Positions 16,899-27,392 of a stretch of 64,000 nt of DNA are shown one piece after another. The stretch comes from Candidatus Omnitrophota bacterium (GTDB taxonomy: Bacteria; Omnitrophota; Gorgyraeia; Aquiviventales; JACQRC01). The number at the start of each line of letters is the position of its first letter. Positions within the stretch are counted from its first letter, which is position 1. The position numbers and the translations under genes were made by a program. Location: NCBI GenBank assembly GCA_016206665.1, contig JACQRC010000089.1:8393-72392 (forward strand). Direction: 5' to 3'. The notes under the pieces are model-generated. The model had not been told where the DNA came from. It searched no databases and worked only from the letters and a program-made list of their open reading frames with translations.

Positions 16899-18419
16899 AT
16901 GGATACGACGACCGAGCGACGCATTGGCTGGCAGGACTACCTGACGGTCATCCTGCGCCGCCGCTGGTTTTTCGCGATTCCGTGCCTGCTCGTCATCGTC
17001 ATCACCCTGCTCGTGGGGATGTGCATGCCCCGCATCTACCGGGCGGAGACGGTGCTGCTGGTGCAGGAGCCCAACGTCATCAACCCGCTCATCCAGGGGC
17101 TGGCGGTCTCCACGCCGGTGAGCGAACGGCTGCGCACGCTGCGCGAGGAGATCCTGGGTTGGACGAGCCTGAGCCGGCTGGTCAATGAGCTGAAGCTCGC
17201 CCGGCGCATCAACAACCCCGTGGGCTTCGAGCGGCTCATCAAGGAGCTGCAGCAGCAGGTCGAGGTGAGGATGCGCGGACGGGAGCTGTTGGTCATTAGC
17301 TACGAGCACCAGAATCCCAAGTTGGCTCAGCAACTCGTTAGCACCATCTCGTCGATCGTCATCGACCGCAACACCAAGGCCCAGACGGCCGAGGCCGGCA
17401 CGGCGATCAGTTTCATCGAAGGCGAGATGGGCGTCTACCAGAAGAAGCTGGAAGACTCCGAGGCGGCCCTCCGGCAGTTCAAGGAGCTCTATGAGATGCA
17501 GATGCCGGTGGCGACGGAGCTCAATCGGCAGATCATCAACTTGGAGGTGAGCCTCGCGGCGTTGCTGGTGGAAAACACCGAGCAGCATCCGCGCGTCGTC
17601 GAGACCCGCCACCGCATCGCGGACCTCAAGGCGAAGCGCAACGAGGAAATCAAGCGCGTCATCAGCCAGGCGATCAGCCAAGGCCAGGACCCGGCGGTCT
17701 ACCGGGATTTCATCCAGGCGATCGACCAGCCGGTGGATGAGGCCGACGTCCAGACCCCTGCCGTCTTGGCCGCGAAGGAGGCCTATCAGGCCTGGGTCAA
17801 GCGGCTCGATTCCCCGATCGCGACCCCTCCAGCATCGCCGGCGCCCACGGTCCAGCTGGTGACCACGCCGTCGAGCGCCGCAGCCACCGCCCCATCCTTC
17901 GAGCTGGTGGGCGGCAGCGCTGCGTCGGTGACCCTGGCGCCGCGTCAGGAGCAGGAGTTGGCGCGCCTCACCCGCGATTACGAGATCAGCAACCGCACCT
18001 ATCAGCACCTGCAGGAGCGGCTGGAGCGCGCGAAGATCACCCAGCGGCTCGGCGAGTCCGACGAGGGCGTCAAGTTCAAGGTCCTCGAGCCGGCACGGGT
18101 GCCGCTGCGGCCCGTCAAGCCGAACCTGCTCAAGATGTTCTTATTCGGGCTGATGCTGGGCCTGTGTCTGGGGGCGGGGGTGGCCTTTGCCGCGGAATAT
18201 CTCGACCAATCGTTCCAGTCGGCGGAAGAGGTGAGCCACAGCCTGGAACTGCCGGTCCTCGGCTCGATTTCGCCCATCGTGACGCCGGACGACATCGCGC
18301 AGCGCCGGCAGCGGCTGAAGGCCCGGCTCAACCCCAAGCGCTGGCGGGACGTGGCGCTGGAGCGCTGCAAGCCGGTGGCCGCCACCGTGGACCGGCTGCT
18401 GGCCAAGTGGAACCTGTGA
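16899..18419 (+). CDS. Polysaccharide chain-length determinant (Wzz/GumC/Wzc transmembrane part)
   Basis: N-terminal TM plus PRIYRAETVLLV, coiled coils, TEQHPRV, EPARVPLRPVKPN and a C-terminal TM. Confidence 0.88.
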   Translation: MDTTTERRIGWQDYLTVILRRRWFFAIPCLLVIVITLLVGMCMPRIYRAETVLLVQEPNVINPLIQGLAVSTPVSERLRTLREEILGWTSLSRLVNELKLARRINNPVGFERLIKELQQQVEVRMRGRELLVISYEHQNPKLAQQLVSTISSIVIDRNTKAQTAEAGTAISFIEGEMGVYQKKLEDSEAALRQFKELYEMQMPVATELNRQIINLEVSLAALLVENTEQHPRVVETRHRIADLKAKRNEEIKRVISQAISQGQDPAVYRDFIQAIDQPVDEADVQTPAVLAAKEAYQAWVKRLDSPIATPPASPAPTVQLVTTPSSAAATAPSFELVGGSAASVTLAPRQEQELARLTRDYEISNRTYQHLQERLERAKITQRLGESDEGVKFKVLEPARVPLRPVKPNLLKMFLFGLMLGLCLGAGVAFAAEYLDQSFQSAEEVSHSLELPVLGSISPIVTPDDIAQRRQRLKARLNPKRWRDVALERCKPVAATVDRLLAKWNL

Positions 18420-18430
18420 GCTGAGCCGCC

Positions 18431-19258
18431 ATGTACGAAGCCTTCTTCGGCCTGCGTGAAAAACCCTTCAACATGACACCGGACCCCCGGTATTTCTACC
18501 CCTCCATCAAGCACGTCGAGGCGCTCAATCACATGGCCTATGCCGTGGAGCAGCGGCGGGGCTTCGTGGTGCTGACGGGGGAGATCGGCTCCGGCAAGAC
18601 GACGGTGTCGCGGGTGCTCTTGTCCCGGTTGAAGGCCCCCATCAAGACGGCCGTGATTCGCAACACGCACTTGACCGCCAAGGATCTCATCAGCCGCACC
18701 CTCGACGAGTTCGAGGTGGCCTACACCCCGGGCACCAAGACGCAGCTGTTGGACCAGCTCAACGCCTATCTCATCGACCAGCTGCGCGCCGGGGCGAACG
18801 TGGTGCTGCTGGTGGATGAAGCGCAAAACCTCTCGCCCCGCCTGCTCGAAGAGATCCGCATGCTCTCCAACCTGGAAACCGACCAGGAGAAACTCATCCA
18901 GATCGTGCTGATGGGCCAGCCGGAGCTGAAGGGCAAGCTCTGGCTGCGGTCCCTGACCCAATTTCGGCAGCGCGTCACCGTCTATTACCACCTGACGCCG
19001 CTCGATGTCGAGGAGACGGCGGCCTACATCCACCACCGGCTGCGCGTGGCAGGCGCCAACGGCTCCCCGGCGTTCACCGACACGGCCTGCCGCGGCGTCT
19101 TCGAACACTCCCACGGCATCCCGCGCCTGATCAACGCGCTCTGCGATCATGCGCTGCTCACGGGGTACGTGAATGAGTCGAAGATCATCGACCAGGACGT
19201 CATTGACGAAGTCGCGACGGAATTGCCTTCATTAACCGAAGCGCCCGTCGCGAGTTAG
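18431..19258 (+). CDS. ExeA-like AAA ATPase of PEP-CTERM loci
   Basis: MYEAFFGLREKPF, GEIGSGKTT, VDEAQNL, GQPEL, GIPRLINALCD. Confidence 0.9.
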   Translation: MYEAFFGLREKPFNMTPDPRYFYPSIKHVEALNHMAYAVEQRRGFVVLTGEIGSGKTTVSRVLLSRLKAPIKTAVIRNTHLTAKDLISRTLDEFEVAYTPGTKTQLLDQLNAYLIDQLRAGANVVLLVDEAQNLSPRLLEEIRMLSNLETDQEKLIQIVLMGQPELKGKLWLRSLTQFRQRVTVYYHLTPLDVEETAAYIHHRLRVAGANGSPAFTDTACRGVFEHSHGIPRLINALCDHALLTGYVNESKIIDQDVIDEVATELPSLTEAPVAS

Positions 19259-19276
19259 GGAGGAATCTAAGGAGCC

Positions 19277-20164
19277 ATGAGCAAGATCACGAAGGCCCTG
19301 GAAAAGGCGGCGCGCGAGCGGCTGCAGCGCGAGCAGGAGCACCCCACCGTCTCGCCCGTGGTCACCCAGGTGTCGCTGGCCATCGCCGAGGCGGAGGGAA
19401 TCGCGTCGGCCGGCCAGGTGACCATCGACCCGCACATCGTCGCCGCCACCGACGCCAGCTCCCCGATTGCGGAGCAGTATCGCATTCTGCGCACGAACCT
19501 CCAGTCGCTGCGGCTGCGGTCCGGGCCGAAGGTGGTGGTGGTGACGAGCGCGATGCATAGCGAGGGCAAGACCGTCACCGCCGTCAACCTCGCCCTGACG
19601 CTCGCCCGGCAGGAGGGCTTGCGCGTCGTGCTGGTGGATGCGGACCTGCGCAAGGGGTCGGTCCATCAATGGCTGGGGTTGGGCGAGCGGACGACGGGGC
19701 TGGCCACGGTGCTGGCCAATGGGGGCCTCCTGAACGGCGCGCTCGTGCGGCTGGAGACACCGCCGCTCGCCGCGCTGTTAGCAGGGCCCAAACCGGAGCA
19801 TCCGGCGGAGCTGCTGCAATCGGCCGCCATGCCGCGCCTGCTGGCCGCATTGAAGACCCAGTTCGACGTCATCGTGGTCGATGCGCCGCCGGTGCTGCCG
19901 GTGGCCGACCCGAGCATCCTGGGCGCGTACGCCGATGGTGTGCTCCTGGTCGTCAAGGCCGGCGTCACGCAGCGCCGCGTCGTCCAACAGGCCAAAGCGC
20001 TGCTGCAACAGGCGAAGGTGCCGCTGTTGGGCTGCGTGCTGACGAATGTGGCGTTCGACCCGACCGGGCTCTACCGATACTACCGTTACTACCGCGACGG
20101 CCACGCACCCGCCGCGGCAGCGAACGGCAACGCCGCCCCAGCCGCCGAATCCGCAGCCGCCTGA
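19277..20164 (+). CDS. CpsD/CapB-family tyrosine kinase
   Basis: EQYRILRTNL, SEGKT, VDADLR, DAPP and C-terminal Tyr cluster YRYYRYY. Confidence 0.92.
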   Translation: MSKITKALEKAARERLQREQEHPTVSPVVTQVSLAIAEAEGIASAGQVTIDPHIVAATDASSPIAEQYRILRTNLQSLRLRSGPKVVVVTSAMHSEGKTVTAVNLALTLARQEGLRVVLVDADLRKGSVHQWLGLGERTTGLATVLANGGLLNGALVRLETPPLAALLAGPKPEHPAELLQSAAMPRLLAALKTQFDVIVVDAPPVLPVADPSILGAYADGVLLVVKAGVTQRRVVQQAKALLQQAKVPLLGCVLTNVAFDPTGLYRYYRYYRDGHAPAAAANGNAAPAAESAAA

Positions 20165-20208
20165 TCGCCGTGTCGCTCTGCTCCTCCATGCCATCCCGGA
20201 GGTAAGCC

Positions 20209-21360
20209 GTGGCCGTCCTCGTCGTTGACGCGCATTTTAAGCAGGCCCTCGTGGTCACGCGCAGCCTCGGCCGCCGCGGCGTCGCCGTCGACCTGGTGGC
20301 CCACTCGGCGTACGCGCCCGCCTTTGCCTCCAAGTACTGCCGCCGGGCCTTTCAGTCCCCTGTGCGCAAGGACCAAGACGCCTTCGTTGAGTTCCTGCTC
20401 AGCCTCGTCAAGCGGGAGCGGTACGACTTCATCCTCACCTGTGAGGATGACTCGACGCGATTGCTCTCCGAGGCGCGCAGCCGCTTTGAGCCCTACACGC
20501 AGGTGCCGCTGCCGCCCCATGACGTCGTGCAGCTGACGCTGGACAAGGCCCGGATGACCCAGTTTGCTGCGGCGCACGGCATCCCGGTCCCGCGCACCCA
20601 CTATGCGCGCACGTTCGAGGAGATTGAACGGGCGGCCCAGGAGATTGGCCGTTGGCCGGTGGTCTTGAAGTACCCGGTCGGCTATGGCTCGCGGGGAGTG
20701 AAGCCGTGCCACTCGCGGCAGGCGCTGCGGCAGCACTATGATGCGTGCCTGCAGCGGTTCGCGCCATCCACCAGCTCCTGGCTGGTGCAGGAGTGCATCG
20801 GCGGCGACAATTACGGCAACCACCACTTGTGCCGCCACGGCAGCACCCTCGTTTCGACGCAGGCGAGGCTGCTCAAGACGTTTCCGGTGGCGGGCGGCAA
20901 CACGGCCAAGGCGGTCACCGTCTCTGAGCCTGACATGGAGCAGAGTTCCCGCAAGCTCCTCGCAGCGCTGGGCTGGCATGGTGTGGCCTGTTTAGGTTTT
21001 CGCTATGACCCTGTGAGCCGGCGGTTCGTCTTCCTCGATGTCAATCCGCGTTTCGGGGGGTCGCTGTTCCTGCACGTCCTGGGAGGGGTTGATTTCCCCT
21101 ATCTCCTGCATTGCATAGTGACCGGTCGGGAGGTGTCGGTGAACGGCCGCTTTCGCACAGGGGTTTTGTACCACTCCATCTTTGAGGAGAATCTCCAGCG
21201 GGCCGTGCTGCATCCGCGCTATTTCCTGGGATACTTGTGGGACTGCCTCGACCCGCGTGTGCGTACCGAAATTGCCTGGTCCGATCTCGGCCCCATACCC
21301 AACCAGGTGCGGCAGGCGCTGTGGCGCCTCCAACGGCGGAAAGAAACGGTGGCTGCATGA
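20209..21360 (+). CDS. ATP-grasp domain protein
   Basis: DKARM, PVVLKYPVGYGSRGV, LVQECIGG, DVNPRFGGS. Confidence 0.82.
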   Translation: MAVLVVDAHFKQALVVTRSLGRRGVAVDLVAHSAYAPAFASKYCRRAFQSPVRKDQDAFVEFLLSLVKRERYDFILTCEDDSTRLLSEARSRFEPYTQVPLPPHDVVQLTLDKARMTQFAAAHGIPVPRTHYARTFEEIERAAQEIGRWPVVLKYPVGYGSRGVKPCHSRQALRQHYDACLQRFAPSTSSWLVQECIGGDNYGNHHLCRHGSTLVSTQARLLKTFPVAGGNTAKAVTVSEPDMEQSSRKLLAALGWHGVACLGFRYDPVSRRFVFLDVNPRFGGSLFLHVLGGVDFPYLLHCIVTGREVSVNGRFRTGVLYHSIFEENLQRAVLHPRYFLGYLWDCLDPRVRTEIAWSDLGPIPNQVRQALWRLQRRKETVAA

Positions 21361-22805
21361 AGAACCTGAAATCGGCGACCCTCTCCGGCATCGCGTGGGT
21401 CTTGGTGGCGAGCGGCAGCCAGAAGGTGCTCGGCATCGCGACGACGATTGTTCTCGCCCGGTTGCTGAGCCCCGGCGACTTCGGCCTGTTTGCGCTGGCG
21501 TTCGTCCTCATCGACGGCTTCGGCCTCTTCAAGAGCCTTGGCGTCGATTTGGCCCTGATCCGGCAGCAGGAGCGGGTCGACGAGGCCGCCGATACCGCGT
21601 TCTGTCTCTTGCCGTTCATCGGCCTGTCCTTGTCGGCGCTGCTGTATGTCGCCGCGCCGTGGGCCGCGGTGCTGCTGCGCCATCCCGAGGTGGCGCCGCT
21701 CGTCCGGGCGCTCTCCGCCATCTTCGTCTTCTCGTGTCTGGCCCAAGTGCCGAACATCCTCATGCAGAAGCGGCTGTGGTTCTGGAAGCGCGGCCTCGCC
21801 GAGACCGTGGCGACAATCAGCTATGCGGCCGCCGCGATCGGCCTGGCCGTCGCCGGGTGCGGGGTCTGGAGTCTGGTCTATGCCTATCTGCTGAAAACGG
21901 CCGTCCATTTGGCGATGGTCTGGAGCTTTGCCGGCTGGCGGCCACGCTTGCAGTTCCGCTGGGAGCTGGCCGTGCAGATGTTGCGGTACGGCAAGTACAT
22001 CCTGGGCGGCAGTTTGCTGATGTTTGTGAAGAACAATGTCGACAACGTGATCGTGGGCGCGCTGTTGGGCACCACGGCCTTGGGCTATTACGCCCTCGCC
22101 TTCAATCTCTCAACCTTCACCTCGGCGCACGTCACGGGCCGGATGTTCGGCGTCCTCTTTCCGGCGTTTTCCCAGCTGCAGGATGATGATGCGGCGCTCT
22201 GCCGGGCCTTTCTCAAGGCCCTCAAGCTCATCGCCTTGATCTCCGTGCCGTTCGGCCTGGCGCTGGTCGTCCTGGCCCCGATGGTGCTGCAGACCATCTA
22301 TGGATCGCAGTGGCTGGCGGCGAGCGAGGTCCTGCGTTTGCTGGCGGTCGGCGGCATGCTGAAGGCCTTGGGCGGCAGCCAAAGTCCCGTCTTGCTCGCC
22401 AAGGGCCGCGCCCGGGTCGACTTCTGGGTCAACGTGGCCCACGTGGGCAGCTTTTTGGTATTCATCGTGCCGCTGACCCGCCTCTGGGGTCTGCGTGGCG
22501 CGGGGTATGTCGTCTTGCTCTCCGGGGGCGTCTCCTTCCTCGTCGGCATGTGGCGGGTCCGGCGGGTGCTGCCCGTCTCCTGGAGCGCCATCGCCACGGC
22601 GATGCGGCCGGCCCTCATCGGGTCGGTCCTGATGTTAGCGGTCTTTGAGGGCTTGACGCTGTGGCGGCAAGGGTTCACCGCCTGGCCATCGACGCTGTCG
22701 ATCCCGGGTTTTCTGACGATGGCGGCGGTCTCGGTCATCGCGTATGTGGGCGTGGTCGTGCTGATCGACCGCGAGATCCGGTTGGAAGTCCAGAGGATCG
22801 TCTGA
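21357..22805 (+). CDS. Wzx-type flippase
   Basis: LARLLSPGDFG, LGYYALAFNL and many TM segments. Confidence 0.9.
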   Translation: MKNLKSATLSGIAWVLVASGSQKVLGIATTIVLARLLSPGDFGLFALAFVLIDGFGLFKSLGVDLALIRQQERVDEAADTAFCLLPFIGLSLSALLYVAAPWAAVLLRHPEVAPLVRALSAIFVFSCLAQVPNILMQKRLWFWKRGLAETVATISYAAAAIGLAVAGCGVWSLVYAYLLKTAVHLAMVWSFAGWRPRLQFRWELAVQMLRYGKYILGGSLLMFVKNNVDNVIVGALLGTTALGYYALAFNLSTFTSAHVTGRMFGVLFPAFSQLQDDDAALCRAFLKALKLIALISVPFGLALVVLAPMVLQTIYGSQWLAASEVLRLLAVGGMLKALGGSQSPVLLAKGRARVDFWVNVAHVGSFLVFIVPLTRLWGLRGAGYVVLLSGGVSFLVGMWRVRRVLPVSWSAIATAMRPALIGSVLMLAVFEGLTLWRQGFTAWPSTLSIPGFLTMAAVSVIAYVGVVVLIDREIRLEVQRIV

Positions 22806-23722
22806 TGATGCGAGCGGCTGCCTGGTACCAACAGCAGTGGGACGCAGGGATCCGGCTCCAGCCGGAGCGGGACCTGGTCACGAATTTCCTGGATGAATTG
22901 GAGGCCTATTCGCGGCTGCCGCGGGCGGAGGTCGAAGCGCTCTTTTACCACGGCACCGAAGCCTTTGCCCAGGAATGGGAGCAGAAGTATAAAACCGACC
23001 CCCAGGCCCGGGTCAAGTTCTATGACGAGGCGCTGACGCACATCTTCTTTGTCATGCACAACAGCGCCCTGCGGACCCACTTGAGCAGCCCCTTGCTCTA
23101 TGTGTACGCCGCCGAGTGGGCCAGGCAATCGGGGGCGCGTCGCTATCTCGACTACGGCTCCGGCACCGGCTCTGGCGCCATCTTTTTCGCGCGCTCCAGC
23201 GTCGAGACGACCCTGGCCGACATCTCGAGCCGGATGCTGGACTTCGCGCGGTGGCGGCTGGAGCGGCGGGGGCTGGCCGCAAGCTACCTAGACGTCAAGA
23301 TGACGTCGTTGCCGCGCAACCACTACGACTTCATCACCTGCTTTCATGTGCTGCAGCACGTCGAGGACCCCATCGCGACCCTGCGCCAATTGCGCGAGGC
23401 GCTGACGGACGGGGGGATCCTCATCGTGAATGGGGCCTTGCGCAAGGATCCGGACCGACCCATGCAACCGGATCATGGCGGGGCACGGACGACGCGCCAC
23501 TACCGGTCGGTCGGGTTTCAAATCCTTTGGGAGCGGAACCGCGCGATGCGGCATCTGTCAAACACTAATCCGATCGCCCTGCAGAGGGTCGAGCGGCCGG
23601 CGGTCGTCAACGGCGCGTACCTGGCGTTTGATTCGCTGTTGGCCTCACCCGTGGGCGCGCTGACGGCTGCGGCGGCCCGCGCGGTCCGCGGACGGAAAGC
23701 CCGCACCGAGGTGGCGGCATGA
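22805..23722 (+). CDS. Class I SAM-dependent methyltransferase
   Basis: YLDYGSGTG, ADIS, YDFITCFHVLQHV. Confidence 0.85.
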   Translation: MMRAAAWYQQQWDAGIRLQPERDLVTNFLDELEAYSRLPRAEVEALFYHGTEAFAQEWEQKYKTDPQARVKFYDEALTHIFFVMHNSALRTHLSSPLLYVYAAEWARQSGARRYLDYGSGTGSGAIFFARSSVETTLADISSRMLDFARWRLERRGLAASYLDVKMTSLPRNHYDFITCFHVLQHVEDPIATLRQLREALTDGGILIVNGALRKDPDRPMQPDHGGARTTRHYRSVGFQILWERNRAMRHLSNTNPIALQRVERPAVVNGAYLAFDSLLASPVGALTAAAARAVRGRKARTEVAA

Positions 23723-25422
23723 GCGCGACGACGGCCACCGCACATCCACGCTTCCTCGCCATCGGGCTTGACGGAGCCACCTGGACCATCCTGCGCCCCC
23801 TCATGGAGCAGGGACTCCTGCCGCATTTGCAACGGCTGGTCTCGGAGGGAGCGTCGGGGGAGTTACTCTCCACGGTGCCGGCCCACTCGGGGCCGGCTTG
23901 GACGACCTTCATGACCGGGGTCAACCCGGGCAAACACGGCGTCTTCGGTTTCACGACACGGCTGTTTAACGGGAAGGTCGGCAGCCGTCCGACCAGCTCC
24001 CGCGACATCCAAGCGCCCACCATCTTTCAGCTCCTCGGGGAGGCGGGCCAGGTCGTGGGTTCGGTCAACCTGCCCATGACCTACCCGCCGTTTCCCGTGA
24101 ACGGTTTTCTCATCTCCGATGACATGCTCCGACCGCCGCGTGGCGGGGAGTTCACCTATCCGACGGACGTCTTAGCCCGCATCGGCCTCGACCCGGCGTC
24201 CTACAACGAAGGCGGCGTCCGCACCGAGCGGCACGACGGCCGTGATGAGGCCCTCATCGAGGACTCCTTGCGCCGCATCGAGATCCGCGTGCAGGTCACC
24301 CTGCGGCTCATGGCCTCCTACGACTGGCGCTATCTTGTCGTGGTCTTTACCGAAACGGACCGGGTGCAGCACCTCTTGTGGCATGTGCTCGACCCCGCGC
24401 ATCCGCGGTATGAGGAGGCGCTGGTCCAGCGCCTGCGGCCGCGGCTGCTCGAGGTCTATCGCGCGGCGGACCGGGCGATCGGGGCGTTGGCGGCTCAGGC
24501 GGGGCCGTCGTCGGTCGTGACCGTGGTCTCGGACCACGGCTTCGGCCCCCAGAAGGCGCACCTCCTGGTCAACCACGTGCTGGCCCAGTCGGGGCTGCTC
24601 GCCTTCGCCCCTACGCCGGTCCTGCCGTGGCCGTACCGAGTGCGGGGTTTTCTCCACCGCCATGTGGCGCCGTATCGGTGGCTGAAGCGCGGGCGGCAGA
24701 TGGTAAACCACAACCGGCAACAACGCAAACCCGTCAAGCGGTACATCGGCTTCAACGCCACCCAGGAGGTGGCCAGCCGGATCGACTGGTCCCGTTCGTA
24801 CATTTACTCCTTCACGGAAGCCAGCGCAGGGGTCCACGTCAACTTGAAGGGTCGCGAGCCGCACGGGGTCGTCGAGCAGGGCGACCACTACGACCAGGTG
24901 CGCCGACAGGCGATTGCCGCGCTCTCACAGGTGCGCGATCCGCAAACGGGTGAGGTCGTGCCGATCAGCTGGCATCCCAAAGAGGCCTTCTACCACGGGC
25001 CGTGCACCGAGCACGCGCCCGACATCCTGTGCGTCAACGAGTCCGATTACAAGCCGAACAGTCAGATCGCGGAGAACCGACAGGAACTCTATCTGCCGAC
25101 GGTCTACACGACTGGCTGGCACCGGGCGGAGGGCATCGTCGTCCTCGCCGGGCCGGGCATCCGACGCGGGGTCGTGTTGGCCCCGTCATCGATCGCCGAC
25201 CTGGCACCGACCACATTACATTACCTCGGCTGTCCGGTCCCCGCCCATATGGATGGCCGCGTCCTCGAAGCGGCCCTGGAGCCGTCCTGGCTGGCGACGC
25301 ACCCGATTCAGCGAGGCCAGGCGGTCATCAAGGCACAGACCGCCGCGGCAGCCGAGGTCTACTCCCCCGAGGAGATGGCGAAGATCGAGCAGCGACTCGG
25401 GGATTTGGGCTATCTGGAGTAG
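23719..25422 (+). CDS. AlkP-superfamily phosphodiesterase/nucleotide pyrophosphatase-like protein
   Basis: GLDGATW, STVPAHSGPAW, TGVNPGKHG, DRVQH, SDHGFG, RLGDLGYLE. Confidence 0.88.
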   Translation: MSATTATAHPRFLAIGLDGATWTILRPLMEQGLLPHLQRLVSEGASGELLSTVPAHSGPAWTTFMTGVNPGKHGVFGFTTRLFNGKVGSRPTSSRDIQAPTIFQLLGEAGQVVGSVNLPMTYPPFPVNGFLISDDMLRPPRGGEFTYPTDVLARIGLDPASYNEGGVRTERHDGRDEALIEDSLRRIEIRVQVTLRLMASYDWRYLVVVFTETDRVQHLLWHVLDPAHPRYEEALVQRLRPRLLEVYRAADRAIGALAAQAGPSSVVTVVSDHGFGPQKAHLLVNHVLAQSGLLAFAPTPVLPWPYRVRGFLHRHVAPYRWLKRGRQMVNHNRQQRKPVKRYIGFNATQEVASRIDWSRSYIYSFTEASAGVHVNLKGREPHGVVEQGDHYDQVRRQAIAALSQVRDPQTGEVVPISWHPKEAFYHGPCTEHAPDILCVNESDYKPNSQIAENRQELYLPTVYTTGWHRAEGIVVLAGPGIRRGVVLAPSSIADLAPTTLHYLGCPVPAHMDGRVLEAALEPSWLATHPIQRGQAVIKAQTAAAAEVYSPEEMAKIEQRLGDLGYLE

Positions 25423-25424
25423 CG

Positions 25425-26804
25425 ATGAGACGACCGTCACGCGTCCTGGTCATTGGGTTGGATTGTCTGACGCCGCAGCTGGTCTTCGACCAGTGGCGTG
25501 GCGAGTTGCCCCATCTCAGCCGGCTGATGGCGCGGGGGCTGTGGGGTCGGCTCAAGACGACCGTTCCGCCGATTACGGTCCCGGCCTGGATGTCGATGAT
25601 GACGGGCCGCGACCCGGGGGAGCTGGGCTTCTATGGCTTTCGCAACCGGGCCGACCACTCCTATCACAAGCTGGCTTACGCCACCTCAGCCCTGGTGCAG
25701 GAGCCGACGGTGTGGGACCTCTTGTCGCGCGCGGGCAAGCACGTGGTCATCTTGGGCGTGCCGCAGACCTACCCGCCCAAGCCGGTGAACGGCTGCCTGG
25801 TGAGCTGTTTCCTCACGCCGGATACGAACGCCCAGTACACCTATCCCGCGGAGCTCAAGGAGGAGATTCGCGCCGTGGTCGGCGATTACGTGCTGGACGT
25901 CCACGACTTCCGCACCGACGACAAGCAACGGATCCTCGACCAGATCTACGACATGACCGCCAAGCGCTTCCGGCTGGCCCGGCACCTGATGCAAACGAAG
26001 CCGTGGGACTTTTTCATGGTGCATGAGATCGGCATCGACCGCATCCACCACGGCTTCTGGAAGTACATGGATGCCACCCATCCCAAGCACGAGCCGGGCA
26101 ATCCGTACCAGGATGCGATCCTGCGCTACTACCAGTTTGTGGACCAACAGGTGGGCGAGCTCATCGCCCTCTCCGGCGACGAGACGGCCGTCCTGATCGT
26201 CTCCGACCATGGAGCGAAGCGGATGCTGGGCGGTATTTGCTTCAACGACTGGCTCATCCGCCAGGGCTATCTCCGCCTGAAGACGATGCCGAGTCAGCCC
26301 ACACCCCTCGAGAAGCTGGAGGTGGATTGGACGAAAACGCGCGTCTGGGGGGCGGGGGGTTATTACGGCAGGGTCTTCCTCAACGTGAAAGGCCGCGAGC
26401 CGCAGGGCCTCATCGAGCCGTCGGAGTCCGAGGCCTTCCGGGACCGGTTGATCCGCGAGATCGAGGCCATTCCCGATCATGCAGGGCGGCGGCTGGCGAC
26501 GCATGTCTACAAGCCGGAGCAGATTTACCGTGCGTGCCGGGGAGTGGCACCCGACCTCATCATCTACTTTGACGATCTGGAATGGCGGTCGGTCGGCTCC
26601 GTGGGATACGACTCGCTCTACACGTTCGACAACGATACCGGTCCCGATGACGCCAACCACGCCCAGCATGGAATCTGCGTGATGCGGGATAGTGACCGGC
26701 AGGGCTGCCGGGAGAATCTAACCATCTACGACATCGCTCCAACGATCTTGGACCTGTTTGGCCTGCCGATTCCGGCAGCGATGCAGGGCCGGGTCATTGC
26801 TTAG
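25425..26804 (+). CDS. AlkP-superfamily phosphodiesterase-like protein (second paralogue)
   Basis: GLDC, PPITVPAW, DRIHH, SDHGAK, GPDDANHAQHG. Confidence 0.88.
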   Translation: MRRPSRVLVIGLDCLTPQLVFDQWRGELPHLSRLMARGLWGRLKTTVPPITVPAWMSMMTGRDPGELGFYGFRNRADHSYHKLAYATSALVQEPTVWDLLSRAGKHVVILGVPQTYPPKPVNGCLVSCFLTPDTNAQYTYPAELKEEIRAVVGDYVLDVHDFRTDDKQRILDQIYDMTAKRFRLARHLMQTKPWDFFMVHEIGIDRIHHGFWKYMDATHPKHEPGNPYQDAILRYYQFVDQQVGELIALSGDETAVLIVSDHGAKRMLGGICFNDWLIRQGYLRLKTMPSQPTPLEKLEVDWTKTRVWGAGGYYGRVFLNVKGREPQGLIEPSESEAFRDRLIREIEAIPDHAGRRLATHVYKPEQIYRACRGVAPDLIIYFDDLEWRSVGSVGYDSLYTFDNDTGPDDANHAQHGICVMRDSDRQGCRENLTIYDIAPTILDLFGLPIPAAMQGRVIA

Positions 26805-26821
26805 AGGTTAAGGAGGCTGCC

Positions 26822-27379
26822 ATGCGCAACGGTAACGGTGGAGTGACCCTCTGGTTCACGGGACTGCCATGTTCGGGGAAGACCACCATCGCCCAACTCG
26901 TCAGGACGGAACTCCAACAACGAGGGACAGCGGTGGAACTCCTCGACGGGGATGAAATCCGCAAGCATTTCAGCGCCGGGGTGGGCTTCAGCAAAGAGGA
27001 CCGCAGCAACCACCTCAAGCGCGTGGCGTATCTGTGCCACCTGCTCACGAAGCACGGCGTGGTGGTCTTGGCGTCGTTCGTCTCGCCCTACCGGGAGAAC
27101 CGCGACTACGCGCGGCAATTGATCGGCGAGCGGTTTGAGGAGGTCTTCGTGGACACTCCGCTCGAGGAGTGCATTCGGCGGGATGTGAAAGGCATGTACA
27201 AAAAGGCCCTCGCAGGCGAGCTCAAGGAGTTTACCGGGATCTCCGACCCGTACGAGCCGCCGCTCCAGCCGGAACTGGTGATTCGGACCGTGGGCGACAC
27301 CGTTCCGGAGAGCGCCGCGAAGGTCCTGAGGCTGTTGGAGCAGGTGCGGGCCCCGTCAACGCCAGTGGTCGTGGCATAA
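26822..27379 (+). CDS. cysC: Adenylyl-sulfate kinase
   Basis: WFTGLPCSGKTT, LDGDEIR, RDVKGMYKKA, FTGISDPYEPP. Confidence 0.95.
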   Translation: MRNGNGGVTLWFTGLPCSGKTTIAQLVRTELQQRGTAVELLDGDEIRKHFSAGVGFSKEDRSNHLKRVAYLCHLLTKHGVVVLASFVSPYRENRDYARQLIGERFEEVFVDTPLEECIRRDVKGMYKKALAGELKEFTGISDPYEPPLQPELVIRTVGDTVPESAAKVLRLLEQVRAPSTPVVVA

Positions 27380-27392
27380 GGACAGCCGAGCG

